Positions 1-12,255 of a DNA stretch of 64,000 nucleotides are shown piece after piece. The notes under the pieces were generated by a model that saw nothing but the letters and a program-made list of their open reading frames with translations, was not told the DNA's origin and searched no databases. Made by a program: the position numbers and the translations under genes. Each line of letters starts with the position of its first letter. Position 1 is the first letter of the stretch. Origin of the DNA: Escherichia coli (GTDB lineage Bacteria; Pseudomonadota; Gammaproteobacteria; Enterobacterales; Enterobacteriaceae). The stretch lies in the NCBI RefSeq assembly GCF_003334765.1, contig NZ_QOWT01000015.1. One strand, 5' to 3'.

Positions 1-158
1 AGCAGGGGATTGACCGGATGGCCGGACGTCACTCCGCCGGGGCACACCGAACAGGCCACGCCGGTGGGGGCACCAATGCGCACCCCGGCTGAACCCTGAA
101 CAATGCTACCGCCATACTGCGTCATGTCGCCCTGACGCGCTGCCGGTTTTCCGCTCAT
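1..158 (-). CDS. rhsA: Rhs element core protein, N-terminal 52 codons only (gene continues beyond the window start)
   Basis: Minus-strand ATG at 156-158; translation MSGKPAARQGDMTQYGGSIVQGSAGVRIGAPTGVACSVCPGG is the conserved Rhs N-terminus; position next to yibF as in K-12. Confidence 0.7.
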   Translation of the reverse strand, partial: MSGKPAARQGDMTQYGGSIVQGSAGVRIGAPTGVACSVCPGGVTSGHPVNPL

Positions 159-385
159 TTCTCATCCTTGTTTTATCGGGTTATTTGTCTGCTGACAGGC
201 GAAACCCTACAGATTTATAAGAAAGCCTGAAGTGAGATATCCATCAGAGTGAAATAATTAGGAAAATATTTATATCACCATGATAAATATGTGATTTATT
301 TGGAAGTAACAAACCATCAACATTTTCTGCCCTTTTTCCCATCACCAGGCCATACTGATATTTTTCCTCGCACAAAGGACTCGGC

Positions 386-994
386 ATGAAACTCGTCGGT
401 AGCTACACCAGCCCGTTTGTACGCAAACTTTCTATTCTGTTGTTAGAAAAGGGCATAACTTTCGAATTTATTAATGAACTGCCCTATAACGCGGACAACG
501 GCGTGGCGCAATTTAACCCGTTAGGAAAAGTGCCGGTGCTGGTGACCGAAGAGGGCGAATGCTGGTTTGATTCGCCGATCATCGCTGAATATATTGAATT
601 AATGAATGTCGCTCCGGCGATGTTGCCGCGCGATCCGCTGGAGTCGTTGCGGGTGCGCAAAATTGAGGCACTGGCGGATGGCATTATGGATGCCGGGCTG
701 GTATCGGTGCGTGAACAGGCGCGTCCAGCGGCGCAGCAGTCTGAAGATGAATTGTTACGCCAGCGGGAGAAAATCAACCGCAGTCTGGATGTGCTGGAAG
801 GATATCTGGTCGATGGCACACTCAAAACCGATACGGTCAATCTGGCGACTATCGCCATTGCCTGTGCCGTCGGATATCTCAATTTCCGCCGCGTTGCGCC
901 AGGTTGGTGTGTCGACCGCCCACACTTAGTCAAACTGGTCGAAAACCTGTTTAGCCGCGAAAGTTTTGCTCGCACCGAACCGCCAAAGGCTTGA
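386..994 (+). CDS. yibF: Glutathione S-transferase-like protein YibF
   Basis: 202-aa ORF, GST fold-like N-terminus ([14 protein letters not shown]...); synteny upstream of selA. Confidence 0.9.
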
Positions 995-1091
995 TGCGCG
1001 ATATGTCCTCCTGACCCATCTCACGTTACAATCCGTGGTTATGTTAAACGCCCTTCTCCGTGTGAGAGGGCCTTGATCAGCCAGGTTTCCT

Positions 1092-2483
1092 ATGACAACC
1101 GAAACGCGTTCCCTCTATAGTCAACTTCCGGCTATTGATCGCTTATTGCGCGATAGCTCCTTCCTTTCTTTGCGTGATACTTATGGTCACACCCGCGTGG
1201 TGGAATTGTTGCGTCAGATGCTCGACGAAGCGCGAGAAGTGATTCGTGGCAGCCAGACGCTGCCTGCGTGGTGTGAAAACTGGGCGCAAGAAGTCGATGC
1301 CCGGTTGACGAAAGAAGCGCAGAGCGCGCTGCGTCCGGTGATCAACCTGACGGGAACCGTGCTGCATACCAACCTTGGGCGAGCTTTACAGGCGGAAGCC
1401 GCGGTGGAAGCCGTTGCGCAGGCTATGCGTTCGCCAGTGACCCTCGAGTATGATCTGGACGACGCCGGACGCGGACATCGCGATCGGGCGCTGGCGCAGC
1501 TGCTGTGCCGTATTACGGGGGCGGAAGATGCCTGTATCGTCAATAACAATGCGGCGGCGGTGTTATTGATGTTGGCGGCCACTGCCAGCGGAAAAGAGGT
1601 GGTGGTATCTCGCGGCGAACTGGTGGAGATTGGCGGCGCGTTTCGTATTCCCGATGTTATGCGTCAGGCAGGCTGCACCCTACACGAAGTAGGGACCACC
1701 AACCGCACGCACGCGAATGATTATCGTCAGGCGGTGAATGAAAATACCGCACTGTTGATGAAAGTACATACCAGTAACTACAGCATTCAGGGGTTCACCA
1801 AAGCGATAGATGAAGCGGAACTGGTGGCGCTCGGCAAAGAGCTGGATGTTCCCGTAGTGACTGATTTAGGCAGTGGCTCGCTGGTCGATCTTAGCCAGTA
1901 CGGTTTGCCGAAAGAGCCAATGCCGCAGGAGTTGATTGCGGCGGGCGTCAGTCTGGTGAGTTTCTCCGGCGACAAGTTGTTAGGCGGGCCGCAGGCAGGA
2001 ATTATTGTTGGTAAAAAAGAGATGATCGCCCGCCTGCAAAGCCACCCGCTGAAGCGTGCATTACGCGCGGATAAAATGACCCTCGCGGCGCTGGAAGCCA
2101 CGTTGCGTCTTTATTTACACCCTGAAGCTCTGAGTGAAAAATTACCGACCCTGCGCCTGCTTACCCGCAGCGCAGAGGTCATTCAAATCCAGGCACAACG
2201 TTTACAGGCCCCCCTTGCCGCACATTACGGCGCGGAGTTTGCGGTACAGGTTATGCCATGTCTTTCGCAGATTGGCAGTGGTTCGCTGCCGGTTGATCGC
2301 CTGCCGAGCGCGGCATTAACGTTTACACCCCATGATGGACGCGGTAGCCACCTTGAGTCATTAGCCGCCCGCTGGCGTGAATTGCCAGTGCCGGTGATTG
2401 GTCGTATTTATGACGGACGATTGTGGCTGGATTTACGCTGCCTTGAAGATGAGCAACGGTTTTTGGAGATGTTGTTGAAATGA
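1092..2483 (+). CDS. selA: L-seryl-tRNA(Sec) selenium transferase
   Basis: 463-aa ORF; stop overlaps selB start (ATGA at 2480-2483). Confidence 0.93.
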   Translation: MTTETRSLYSQLPAIDRLLRDSSFLSLRDTYGHTRVVELLRQMLDEAREVIRGSQTLPAWCENWAQEVDARLTKEAQSALRPVINLTGTVLHTNLGRALQAEAAVEAVAQAMRSPVTLEYDLDDAGRGHRDRALAQLLCRITGAEDACIVNNNAAAVLLMLAATASGKEVVVSRGELVEIGGAFRIPDVMRQAGCTLHEVGTTNRTHANDYRQAVNENTALLMKVHTSNYSIQGFTKAIDEAELVALGKELDVPVVTDLGSGSLVDLSQYGLPKEPMPQELIAAGVSLVSFSGDKLLGGPQAGIIVGKKEMIARLQSHPLKRALRADKMTLAALEATLRLYLHPEALSEKLPTLRLLTRSAEVIQIQAQRLQAPLAAHYGAEFAVQVMPCLSQIGSGSLPVDRLPSAALTFTPHDGRGSHLESLAARWRELPVPVIGRIYDGRLWLDLRCLEDEQRFLEMLLK

Positions 2484-4324
2484 TTATTGCGACTGCCGGA
2501 CACGTTGACCACGGCAAAACAACCTTATTGCAGGCGATTACTGGCGTAAATGCTGACCGTCTGCCGGAAGAAAAAAAGCGCGGCATGACCATCGATCTCG
2601 GCTATGCCTACTGGCCGCAGCCGGATGGTCGCGTGCCTGGTTTTATCGACGTTCCCGGTCATGAAAAGTTTCTTTCCAACATGCTGGCGGGCGTTGGTGG
2701 TATCGATCACGCGCTGTTGGTGGTGGCGTGCGATGACGGCGTGATGGCACAGACCCGTGAGCATCTGGCGATTTTGCAGCTGACCGGTAACCCGATGCTG
2801 ACAGTGGCGCTGACCAAAGCCGATCGCGTGGACGAAGCGCGTGTTGATGAGGTTGAACGCCAGGTAAAGGAGGTTCTGCGGGAATACGGTTTTGCTGAGG
2901 CAAAACTGTTTATCACCGCAGCAACCGAAGGTCGGGGAATGGATGCCCTGCGCGAGCATCTGCTTCAGTTGCCGGAACGCGAGCACGCCAGCCAACATAG
3001 TTTCCGCCTCGCGATTGACCGCGCATTTACCGTAAAAGGTGCCGGGCTGGTCGTCACCGGTACGGCGTTAAGCGGGGAAGTGAAGGTAGGCGATTCACTC
3101 TGGCTGACTGGTGTAAATAAACCGATGCGTGTACGTGCGCTGCATGCGCAAAACCAGCCAACAGAAACCGCCAATGCCGGGCAGCGTATCGCGCTTAACA
3201 TCGCGGGTGATGCGGAAAAAGAGCAGATTAACCGTGGCGACTGGCTGCTTGCCGATGTGCCGCCAGAGCCGTTCACACGGGTGATTGTCGAGCTTCAAAC
3301 CCATACACCGCTGACCCAGTGGCAGCCGCTGCATATTCACCACGCCGCCAGCCACGTCACGGGACGCGTTTCACTGCTGGAAGATAACCTTGCTGAACTG
3401 GTCTTCGACACCCCGTTATGGCTGGCAGATAACGACCGCCTGGTATTGCGCGATATCTCTGCCCGCAACACGCTGGCCGGAGCGCGCGTCGTGATGCTTA
3501 ACCCGCCGCGTCGCGGTAAACGTAAGCCGGAATATCTGCAATGGCTGGCGTCTCTTGCACGGGCGCAGAGCGATGCCGATGCGTTATCTGTTCATCTGGA
3601 ACGCGGCGCGGTTAACCTTGCGGATTTCGCCTGGGCGCGCCAGCTCAACGGCGAAGGGATGCGCGAATTGCTGCAACAGCCTGGTTATATTCAGGCTGGT
3701 TATAGCTTGTTGAATGCGCCGGTTGCCGCCCGCTGGCAGCGGAAAATTCTCGACACATTAGCGACTTATCATGAGCAACATCGCGATGAACCTGGCCCTG
3801 GGCGCGAACGTCTGCGACGTATGGCGTTGCCAATGGAAGATGAAGCGCTGGTACTGTTGCTGATTGAAAAGATGCGCGAAAGCGGCGACATCCACAGCCA
3901 TCACGGCTGGCTGCATCTGCCAGATCACAAAGCGGGCTTCAGCGAAGAGCAGCAGGCCATCTGGCAAAAAGCAGAGCCACTGTTTGGTGACGAACCGTGG
4001 TGGGTGCGTGACCTGGCAAAAGAGACGGGAACCGACGAGCAGGCAATGCGCCTGACTCTACGCCAGGCGGCGCAGCAAGGAATAATTACCGCGATCGTTA
4101 AAGATCGTTATTACCGTAACGATCGGATTGTCGAGTTTGCCAATATGATCCGCGATCTCGATCAGGAGTGTGGTTCAACCTGCGCGGCGGATTTCCGCGA
4201 TCGCTTAGGCGTAGGCCGAAAGCTGGCAATTCAGATTCTGGAATATTTTGACCGCATTGGCTTTACGCGTCGTCGTGGAAATGATCATTTATTGCGCGAC
4301 GCATTATTATTTCCGGAAAAATAA
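2480..4324 (+). CDS. selB: Selenocysteine-specific translation elongation factor
   Basis: 614-aa ORF; N-terminal GTP-binding motif [11 protein letters not shown]; translationally coupled to selA. Confidence 0.93.
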
Positions 4325-4383
4325 GGAAATGATTAATTAAGTTTTAAAATAAATTAATACAAAATTCTTATGAATTTAAAAAA

Positions 4384-4419
4384 AGCACATTGTTTAATGA
4401 ATACAATGTGCTTTTTATT
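4384..4419 (+). terminator. Rho-independent terminator of selAB
   Basis: Inverted repeat agcacattg / caatgtgct followed by ttttatt, in an AT-rich spacer. Confidence 0.7.
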
Positions 4420-4513
4420 AGATTAATTTTGATAATCAATAATACTGATCATATTTTCGAATGAAAATCCTCAGTAAGCTGCCCGCCCTTTTTTACACTT
4501 TCAGGAGTGTGTT

Positions 4514-5665
4514 ATGGCAGCTTCAACGTTCTTTATTCCTTCTGTGAATGTCATCGGCGCTGATTCATTGACTGATGCAATGAATATGATGGCAGATTAT
4601 GGATTTACCCGTACCTTAATTGTCACTGACAATATGTTAACGAAATTAGGTATGGCGGGCGATGTGCAAAAAGCACTGGAAGAACGCAATATTTTTAGCG
4701 TTATTTATGATGGCACCCAACCTAACCCCACCACGGAAAACGTCGCCGCAGGTTTGAAATTACTTAAAGAGAATAATTGCGATAGCGTGATCTCCTTAGG
4801 CGGTGGTTCTCCACACGACTGCGCAAAAGGTATTGCGCTGGTGGCAGCCAATGGCGGCGATATTCGCGATTACGAAGGCGTTGACCGCTCTGCAAAACCG
4901 CAGCTGCCGATGATCGCCATCAATACCACGGCGGGTACGGCCTCTGAAATGACCCGTTTCTGCATCATCACTGACGAAGCGCGTCATATCAAAATGGCGA
5001 TTGTTGATAAACATGTCACTCCGCTGCTTTCTGTCAATGACTCCTCTCTGATGATTGGTATGCCGAAGTCACTGACCGCCGCAACGGGTATGGATGCCTT
5101 AACGCACGCTATCGAAGCATATGTTTCTATTGCCGCCACGCCGATCACTGACGCTTGTGCACTGAAAGCCGTGACCATGATTGCCGAAAACCTGCCGTTA
5201 GCCGTTGAAGATGGCAGTAATGCGAAAGCGCGTGAAGCAATGGCTTATGCCCAGTTCCTCGCCGGTATGGCGTTCAATAATGCTTCTCTGGGTTATGTTC
5301 ATGCGATGGCGCACCAGCTGGGCGGTTTCTACAACCTGCCACACGGTGTATGTAACGCCGTTTTGCTGCCGCACGTTCAGGTATTCAACAGCAAAGTCGC
5401 CGCTGCACGTCTGCGTGACTGTGCCGCTGCAATGGGCGTGAACGTGACAGGTAAAAACGACGCGGAAGGTGCTGAAGCCTGCATTAACGCCATCCGTGAA
5501 CTGGCGAAGAAAGTGGATATCCCGGCAGGCCTACGCGACCTGAACGTGAAAGAAGAAGATTTCGCGGTATTGGCGACTAATGCCCTGAAAGATGCCTGTG
5601 GCTTTACTAACCCGATCCAGGCAACTCACGAAGAAATTGTGGCGATTTATCGCGCAGCGATGTAA
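4514..5665 (+). CDS. yiaY: Iron-containing alcohol dehydrogenase
   Basis: 383-aa ORF with Fe-ADH signature region ([14 protein letters not shown]). Confidence 0.9.
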
Positions 5666-5829
5666 TCATCATTTCCACAACGGCTGGCAAATTGTCAGCC
5701 GCTTTTTCAACTATCTCTGTAACCCTTGCCCGTAAATTCGTGATAGCTGTCGTAAAGCTGTTACCGACTGGCGAAGATTTCGCCAGTCACGTCTACCCTT
5801 GTTATACCTCACACCGCAAGGAGACGATC

Positions 5830-7368
5830 ATGACCAATAATCCCCCTTCAGCACAGATTAAGCCCGGCGAGTATGGTTTCCCCCTCAAGTTAAAAGCCCG
5901 CTATGACAACTTTATTGGCGGCGAATGGGTAGCCCCTGCCGACGGCGAGTATTACCAGAATCTGACGCCGGTGACCGGGCAGCTGCTGTGCGAAGTGGCG
6001 TCTTCGGGCAAACGAGACATCGATCTGGCGCTGGATGCTGCGCACAAAGTGAAAGATAAATGGGCGCACACCTCGGTGCAGGATCGTGCGGCGATTCTGT
6101 TTAAGATTGCCGATCGAATGGAACAAAACCTCGAGCTGTTAGCGACAGCTGAAACCTGGGATAACGGCAAACCCATTCGCGAAACCAGTGCTGCGGATGT
6201 ACCGCTGGCGATTGACCATTTCCGCTATTTCGCCTCGTGTATTCGGGCGCAGGAAGGTGGGATCAGTGAAGTTGATAGCGAAACCGTGGCCTATCATTTC
6301 CATGAACCGTTAGGCGTGGTGGGGCAGATTATCCCGTGGAACTTCCCGCTGCTGATGGCGAGCTGGAAAATGGCTCCCGCGCTGGCGGCGGGCAACTGTG
6401 TGGTGCTGAAACCCGCACGTCTTACCCCGCTTTCTGTACTGCTGCTAATGGAAATTGTCGGTGATTTACTGCCGCCGGGCGTGGTGAACGTGGTCAATGG
6501 CGCAGGTGGGGTAATTGGCGAATATCTGGCGACCTCGAAACGCATCGCCAAAGTGGCGTTTACCGGCTCAACGGAAGTGGGCCAACAAATTATGCAATAC
6601 GCAACGCAAAACATTATTCCGGTGACGCTGGAGTTGGGCGGTAAGTAGCCAAATATCTTCTTTGCTGATGTGATGGATGAAGAAGATGCCTTTTTCGATA
6701 AAGCGCTGGAAGGCTTTGCACTGTTTGCCTTTAACCAGGGCGAAGTTTGCACCTGTCCGAGTCGTGCTTTAGTGCAGGAATCTATCTACGAACGCTTTAT
6801 GGAACGCGCCATCCGCCGTGTCGAAAGCATTCGTAGCGGTAACCCGCTCGACAGCGTGACGCAAATGGGCGCGCAGGTTTCTCACGGGCAACTGGAAACC
6901 ATCCTCAACTACATTGATATCGGTAAAAAAGAGGGCGCTGACGTGCTCACAGGCGGGCGGCGCAAGCTGCTGGAAGGTGAACTGAAAGACGGCTACTACC
7001 TCGAACCGACGATTCTGTTTGGTCAGAACAATATGCGGGTGTTCCAGGAGGAGATTTTTGGCCCGGTGCTGGCGGTGACCACCTTCAAAACGATGGAAGA
7101 AGCGCTGGAGCTGGCGAACGATACGCAATATGGCCTGGGCGCGGGCGTCTGGAGCCGCAACGGTAATCTGGCCTATAAGATGGGGCGCGGCATACAGGCT
7201 GGGCGCGTGTGGACCAACTGTTATCACGCTTACCCGGCACATGCGGCGTTTGGTGGCTACAAACAATCAGGTATCGGTCGCGAAACCCACAAGATGATGC
7301 TGGAGCATTACCAGCAAACCAAGTGCCTGCTGGTGAGCTACTCGGATAAACCGTTGGGGCTGTTCTGA
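5830..7368 (+). pseudogene. aldB: Aldehyde dehydrogenase B, interrupted by an in-frame TAG at 6646-6648
   Basis: A continuous 513-codon frame is split into ORFs 5692-6648 and 6670-7368 in the same frame; ALDH catalytic Glu motif LELGGK sits immediately before the stop and the Cys motif [12 protein letters not shown] follows it. Confidence 0.85.
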
Positions 7369-7399
7369 TATAAGAAGCTGGTCGCATTGGGTATTCATT

Positions 7400-7483
7400 G
7401 CCTGATGCGACGCTTACGCGTCTTATCATGCCTACGGGAACCTGACCGTAGGCCGGATAAGGCGTACACGCCGCATCCGGCAT
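7400..7483. repeat. REP/BIME element (two inverted REP units)
   Basis: gcctgatgcgacgcttacgcgtcttatcatgcctac ... gtaggccggataaggcgtacacgccgcatccggcat palindromic units. Confidence 0.8.
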
Positions 7484-7912
7484 AAACAAAGCGCACGTTG
7501 TTACAATTTACGTTTTAAACCTACGTGCGCAATAACCCAGACTACGCCAACAGAAGTACGTTTCTGGGGCGTGTTTTGTCAGGAGTTTAATCTCGCGTTT
7601 CGATGGTGAGCGGGCGAACCAGGCCGTAAATCACCATTGGTGATCCGAGGCCAATCAGCAATAAACGGTAGATAATTGAAGGTTTAATACGCTTAATCTG
7701 TACTGTGGATGTTTTACTGGAGTTATTCATTAGTTTGGCCAATAGTTCCACTATTTCAATATGATAAACCTCGTCCTGTTGAAAAACCAGACAGCACATT
7801 TAAGAAAGTATATAAAAAACAATATGTCGTTATATAAATAAGGAAATTGCACTGCATCATGGCATTTCATAATATGCGTTAATTGTTCTTTTTTATATTC
7901 TTTGAGGGAAAT

Positions 7913-8236
7913 ATGTTCCTGGACTATTTTGCACTGGGAGTGCTTATTTTTGTATTTCTGGTGATCTTCTATGGGATCATTATTTTACATGATATTCCCT
8001 ACCTGATTGCCAAAAAACGTAATCATCCTCATGCCGACGCCATTCATGTTGCTGGTTGGGTGAGTCTTTTTACGTTACATGTTATCTGGCCGTTTTTGTG
8101 GATTTGGGCCACGCTTTACCGCCCGGAGCGGGGATGGGGAATGCAAAGCCATGATTCATCCGTTATGCAACTGCAACAGCGCATTGCCGGGCTGGAGAAA
8201 CAGCTCGCCGACATCAAATCCTCTTCTGCCGAGTAA
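7913..8236 (+). CDS. yiaW: Small inner-membrane protein YiaW (DUF3302)
   Basis: 107-aa ORF with two hydrophobic segments; RBS gaggg upstream; 5 bp upstream of yiaV. Confidence 0.85.
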
Positions 8237-8241
8237 TACTT

Positions 8242-9378
8242 ATGGATTTACTGATTATTTTGACCTATGTGGCTTTTGCATGGGCAATGTTTAAGATCTT
8301 CAAAATTCCCGTAAATAAATGGACCATTCCCACAGCGGCCCTGGGTGGAATATTTATTGTCAGCGGTCTAATTCTGTTAATGAACTATAACCATCCGTAT
8401 ACCTTTAAAGCGCAAAAAGCGGTTATTTCTATTCCTGTTGTCCCACAGGTGACTGGTGTGGTGATTGAAGTGACGGATAAGAAAAATACGCTGATTAAAA
8501 AAGGTGAGGTGCTATTTCGACTGGACCCGACGCGTTATCAGGCGCGGGTGGATCGGCTGATGGCGGATATCGTTACCGCAGAACATAAACAGCGGGCGTT
8601 GGGCGCAGAGTTAGATGAGATGGCGGCGAATACTCAGCAGGCAAAGGCCACGCGGGATAAATTCGCTAAAGAGTATCAGCGTTACGCACGTGGCAGCCAG
8701 GCGAAAGTAAACCCGTTTTCAGAACGCGATATCGATGTGGCGCGGCAAAATTATCTGGCGCAGGAAGCCTCCGTGAAGTCATCGGCGGCGGAACAAAAAC
8801 AGATCCAGAGCCAGCTGGATAGCCTGGTGTTGGGTGAACATTCTCAAATCGCCAGCCTGAAAGCACAGCTCGCGGAAGCAAAATATAACCTTGAGCAGAC
8901 GATAGTGCGTGCGCCGAGCGATGGTTATGTGACCCAGGTACTGATTCGTCCGGGTACCTATGCCGCGTCGCTGCCGCTACGTCCGGTGATGGTGTTTATA
9001 CCCGATCAGAAACGACAAATCGTGGCGCAGTTCCGTCAGAACTCCTTGCTGCGACTGGCTCCTGGCGACGATGCGGAAGTGGTGTTTAATGCTCTGCCAG
9101 GTAAGGTATTCAGCGGTAAGCTGGCAGCCATTAGTCCAGCCGTTCCCGGCGGAGCTTATCAGTCGACCGGCACCTTACAGACGTTAAACACAGCGCCGGG
9201 TTCAGATGGCGTTATCGCGACCATTGAACTGGATGAGCACACTGATTTGAGCGCTTTACCAGACGGTATTTACGCCCAGGTGGCGGTTTACTCTGATCAT
9301 TTCAGCCATGTCTCGGTGATGCGCAAAGTGCTATTACGCATGACCAGCTGGGTGCATTACCTTTATCTCGATCATTAA
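8242..9378 (+). CDS. yiaV: HlyD-family membrane fusion protein YiaV
   Basis: 378-aa ORF with N-terminal TM segment and coiled-coil region. Confidence 0.88.
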
Positions 9379-10349
9379 TCTTCGCTTTCCGCCGCTTGTT
9401 CAGGCCGCAGTTGCTGCGACTGAGCAAGCTGGTGGCGAATTTCACGCAGCATTTCATCCAGCACATACTGGACCCGCCAGGGCTGGTATTCCCGTTTACG
9501 GAAGATAGCCACCAGATCCAGCCACCATTCATAGGGTTGCTGAAAGCAGGGCACCAGCGTGCCGTCTTGCAGGTCGCTCTGCACACTTTTGTCTGGCGCA
9601 AACACAATCCCCAGGTGATTTCGTGCCAGCTCCAGCGCAGATTGCGTGTTGTCGCAAACGTAATTTCCCTTCACGCGATAATCCCGCACCTCTTTACTCC
9701 CGGCGACGTTGAAGCGCCAGATATTCGCGTCGTCGATCATCATCGAGTCGATCAAAATACAGGAGTGATGTTCGAGTTCGTCAGGACGGCTAATGGGATG
9801 TTTCTCAAGATAGCGCTGGCTGGCATAAGCGGTTACGGCATATTGGGTAATAAAACTGGCAACCAGCGATTCATCTTTTGGTGGAGCGTAGCTGATTAAA
9901 ACATCACAATCATCAGGAAATTCGACGCCTTCATAAAAGGCATTACGCTCAAGATTGCAGGTTTTTAGCGATAAGGTGATATCACCGATATCTTTAATTT
10001 TATCGATTACATGTTTGGATAAATAGGTAATTATGCCGGTTGGGGCGTAGATGGTGACCCGACCACGTTTCTCATGCTTATAATCTGCAATAAAATTATT
10101 AAGTTGCTCGTTTCTGTCCAGCATGTCGTTGATGTACGGTAACAGCGCGGTGCCAAAAGGTGTGAGCATCAGCTGCCGGGTGGTTCGGTCAAAGACTTTT
10201 AAACCCACTTTTGATTCAAAATCAGCAAGATATTTGCTGACGTTGGCCTGTGCGATGCCAAGTACAGTCGCGGCATGGCTGATATTTTCACTGGCAGCGA
10301 TTACCGAGATAATTTTTAACTCCCGGTACTTAAGTTGTAATTTTGTCAT
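9375..10349 (-). CDS. yiaU: LysR-family transcriptional regulator
   Basis: 324-aa ORF; N-terminal LysR HTH ([18 protein letters not shown]); convergent with yiaV, 4-bp overlap. Confidence 0.9.
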
Positions 10350-10472
10350 CGCAACAGCCCAATTATATATAATTTTATATATTACTATATAAATATGAAT
10401 CTTGCACCGGAGAAATTGTAAGCATTATTATGCCGACTCTTTTTTATCTTATTTTAAAATGGAATACCGGAC

Positions 10473-11213
10473 ATGTTAATTAATCGCAATATTGTGGCGT
10501 TATTTGCGTTGCCTTTTATGGCAAGCGCAACTGCTTCTGAATTATCCATTGGTGCTGGTGCGGCTTATAATGAATCGCCTTATCGCGGTTATAATGAAAA
10601 TACGAAGGCAATTCCGCTGATTAGTTATGAAGGTGATACTTTTTATGTTCGTCAGACCACGTTAGGTTTTATTCTGTCGCAAAGTGAAAAAAATGAACTT
10701 AGCCTGACCGCATCCTGGATGCCGCTGGAATTTGACCCTACCGATAATGACGATTATGCCATGCAACAGCTTGATAAGCGTGATAGTACGGCTATGGCGG
10801 GGGTTGCCTGGTATCACCACGAGCGTTGGGGAACCGTGAAAGCCTCTGCAGCTGCGGACGTTCTGGATAACAGCAACGGCTGGGTGGGGGAGCTATCGGT
10901 ATTCCACAAAATGCAGATAGGTCGTCTGTCGCTGACACCTGCGCTGGGCGTTCTCTATTATGACGAGAATTTCAGTGACTATTACTATGGCATTTCAGAG
11001 AGTGAGTCCCGTCGTAGCGGTCTGGCAAGTTATTCCGCGCAGGATGCCTGGGTGCCCTATGTCAGCCTGACGGCAAAATACCCGATAGGAGAGCACGTCG
11101 TATTGATGGCGAGCGCAGGATACAGCGAGCTGCCGGAAGAGATTACCGACAGCCCGATGATTGATCGTAATGAGAGTTTTACCTTTGTCACCGGGGTGAG
11201 CTGGCGTTTTTAA
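10473..11213 (+). CDS. yiaT: MipA/OmpV-family outer membrane protein
   Basis: 246-aa ORF with signal peptide and C-terminal aromatic residue (beta-barrel terminus). Confidence 0.88.
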   Translation: MLINRNIVALFALPFMASATASELSIGAGAAYNESPYRGYNENTKAIPLISYEGDTFYVRQTTLGFILSQSEKNELSLTASWMPLEFDPTDNDDYAMQQLDKRDSTAMAGVAWYHHERWGTVKASAAADVLDNSNGWVGELSVFHKMQIGRLSLTPALGVLYYDENFSDYYYGISESESRRSGLASYSAQDAWVPYVSLTAKYPIGEHVVLMASAGYSELPEEITDSPMIDRNESFTFVTGVSWRF

Positions 11214-11559
11214 TTCACCGGTGGATGTCGGTGCGGCTGGTGCTCCGTCGTAATGCCACAAAGGTTGTTGCTCTGGATTGCTCTGTTCATACCGGGAACC
11301 TGGCGTCTGAATCAGGATCTTATGGCTGAACAATCCCTTGCCTTCAAATGTCGTAAATGGCGCATCGGCGGGCAGCAACAGGTTATGCAGTGACTCGACG
11401 TTGTCGGCCTGCTCCATGCAATACGGTTTAATGACGTTGGCTATTTCCGGCAGATTTTTCAGAAACATACTGGTTTAACGCCAGCAGCGTGGAAGCGGCG
11501 TTACAGCAAGGAACATATCAATTCGTAGTGCCGGGGCGATGAAGCCCCGGCGTGAGGGA

Positions 11560-12255
11560 TTACTGCCCGTAATAGGCATTGGCCCCATGCTTACGCAGGT
11601 AGTGCTTATCCAGCAGTTCGTTTTGCATCGCAGGGAGCTGCGGCGCAAGCTGGCGCGAGAATAGACCCATATAGGCGCATTCTTCGAGTACTACGGCGTT
11701 ATGCACGGCATCGGCGGCGTTTTTACCCCATGCGAACGGGCCGTGAGAATGCACCAGCACCGCCGGGATTTGTGCCGGACTCCTGCCACGTTCTTCGAAG
11801 GTTTCAATGATCACTTCGCCGGTCTGATATTCATATTCGCCGTTAATCTCCTCTGCGGTCATCTGTCGCGTGCAGGGGATGGCACCGTAAAAATAATCGG
11901 CGTGGGTGGTGCCCCAGGCGGGGAGATCCAGCCCGGCCTGTGACCAGATGGTGGCGTGGCGCGAGTGGGTATGCACAATACCGCCAATTTCGGCATAGCG
12001 ACGGTAGAGCGCCAGATGCGTTGGTGTATCGGAAGAGGGTTTTTTGCTGCCTTCCACCACCTTACCGCTGGCTATCTCAACCACCACCATATCGTCGGCG
12101 GTCATCACGTCGTACTCGACGCCGGAAGGTTTGATTACCATCCATTGCCGCGTTTCGTCTACCGCGCTGACATTGCCCCAGGTGAACGTCACCAGATGGT
12201 GAGCGGGAAGCGCCAGATTCGCCGCCAGCACGTCGGCTTTCAGTTGCTCTAACAT
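11560..12255 (-). CDS. sgbE: L-ribulose-5-phosphate 4-epimerase
   Basis: 231-aa ORF, class II aldolase/AraD-like; last gene of the yiaK-S operon. Confidence 0.92.

Noticed and set aside
5692-5829. N-terminal extensions of ORF-track calls (aldB, also avtA, xylF, tag, yhjV, eptB, yhjX, yiaF, sgbU)
   Set aside because: The extended starts lack an RBS and add non-conserved residues; the internal starts chosen give the lengths I expect for the characterised proteins and have plausible RBSs.
7587-7799. 70-aa minus-strand ORF in the aldB-yiaW spacer
   Set aside because: No Shine-Dalgarno sequence upstream, sits in a BIME-containing AT-rich spacer, and I know of no gene here in related genomes; probably spurious, though a small membrane peptide cannot be excluded without expression data.
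10995-11468. 157-aa minus-strand ORF starting in the yiaT-sgbE convergent spacer and running antisense into yiaT
   Set aside because: No RBS, half of it is antisense to a well-supported gene, and the spacer lies between two convergent 3' ends; most likely a chance open frame.
11531-11550. Hairpin ccggggc/gccccgg between yiaT and sgbE as a bidirectional Rho-independent terminator
   Set aside because: GC-rich stem is present but neither strand has a following U-tract, so I did not list it as a terminator.
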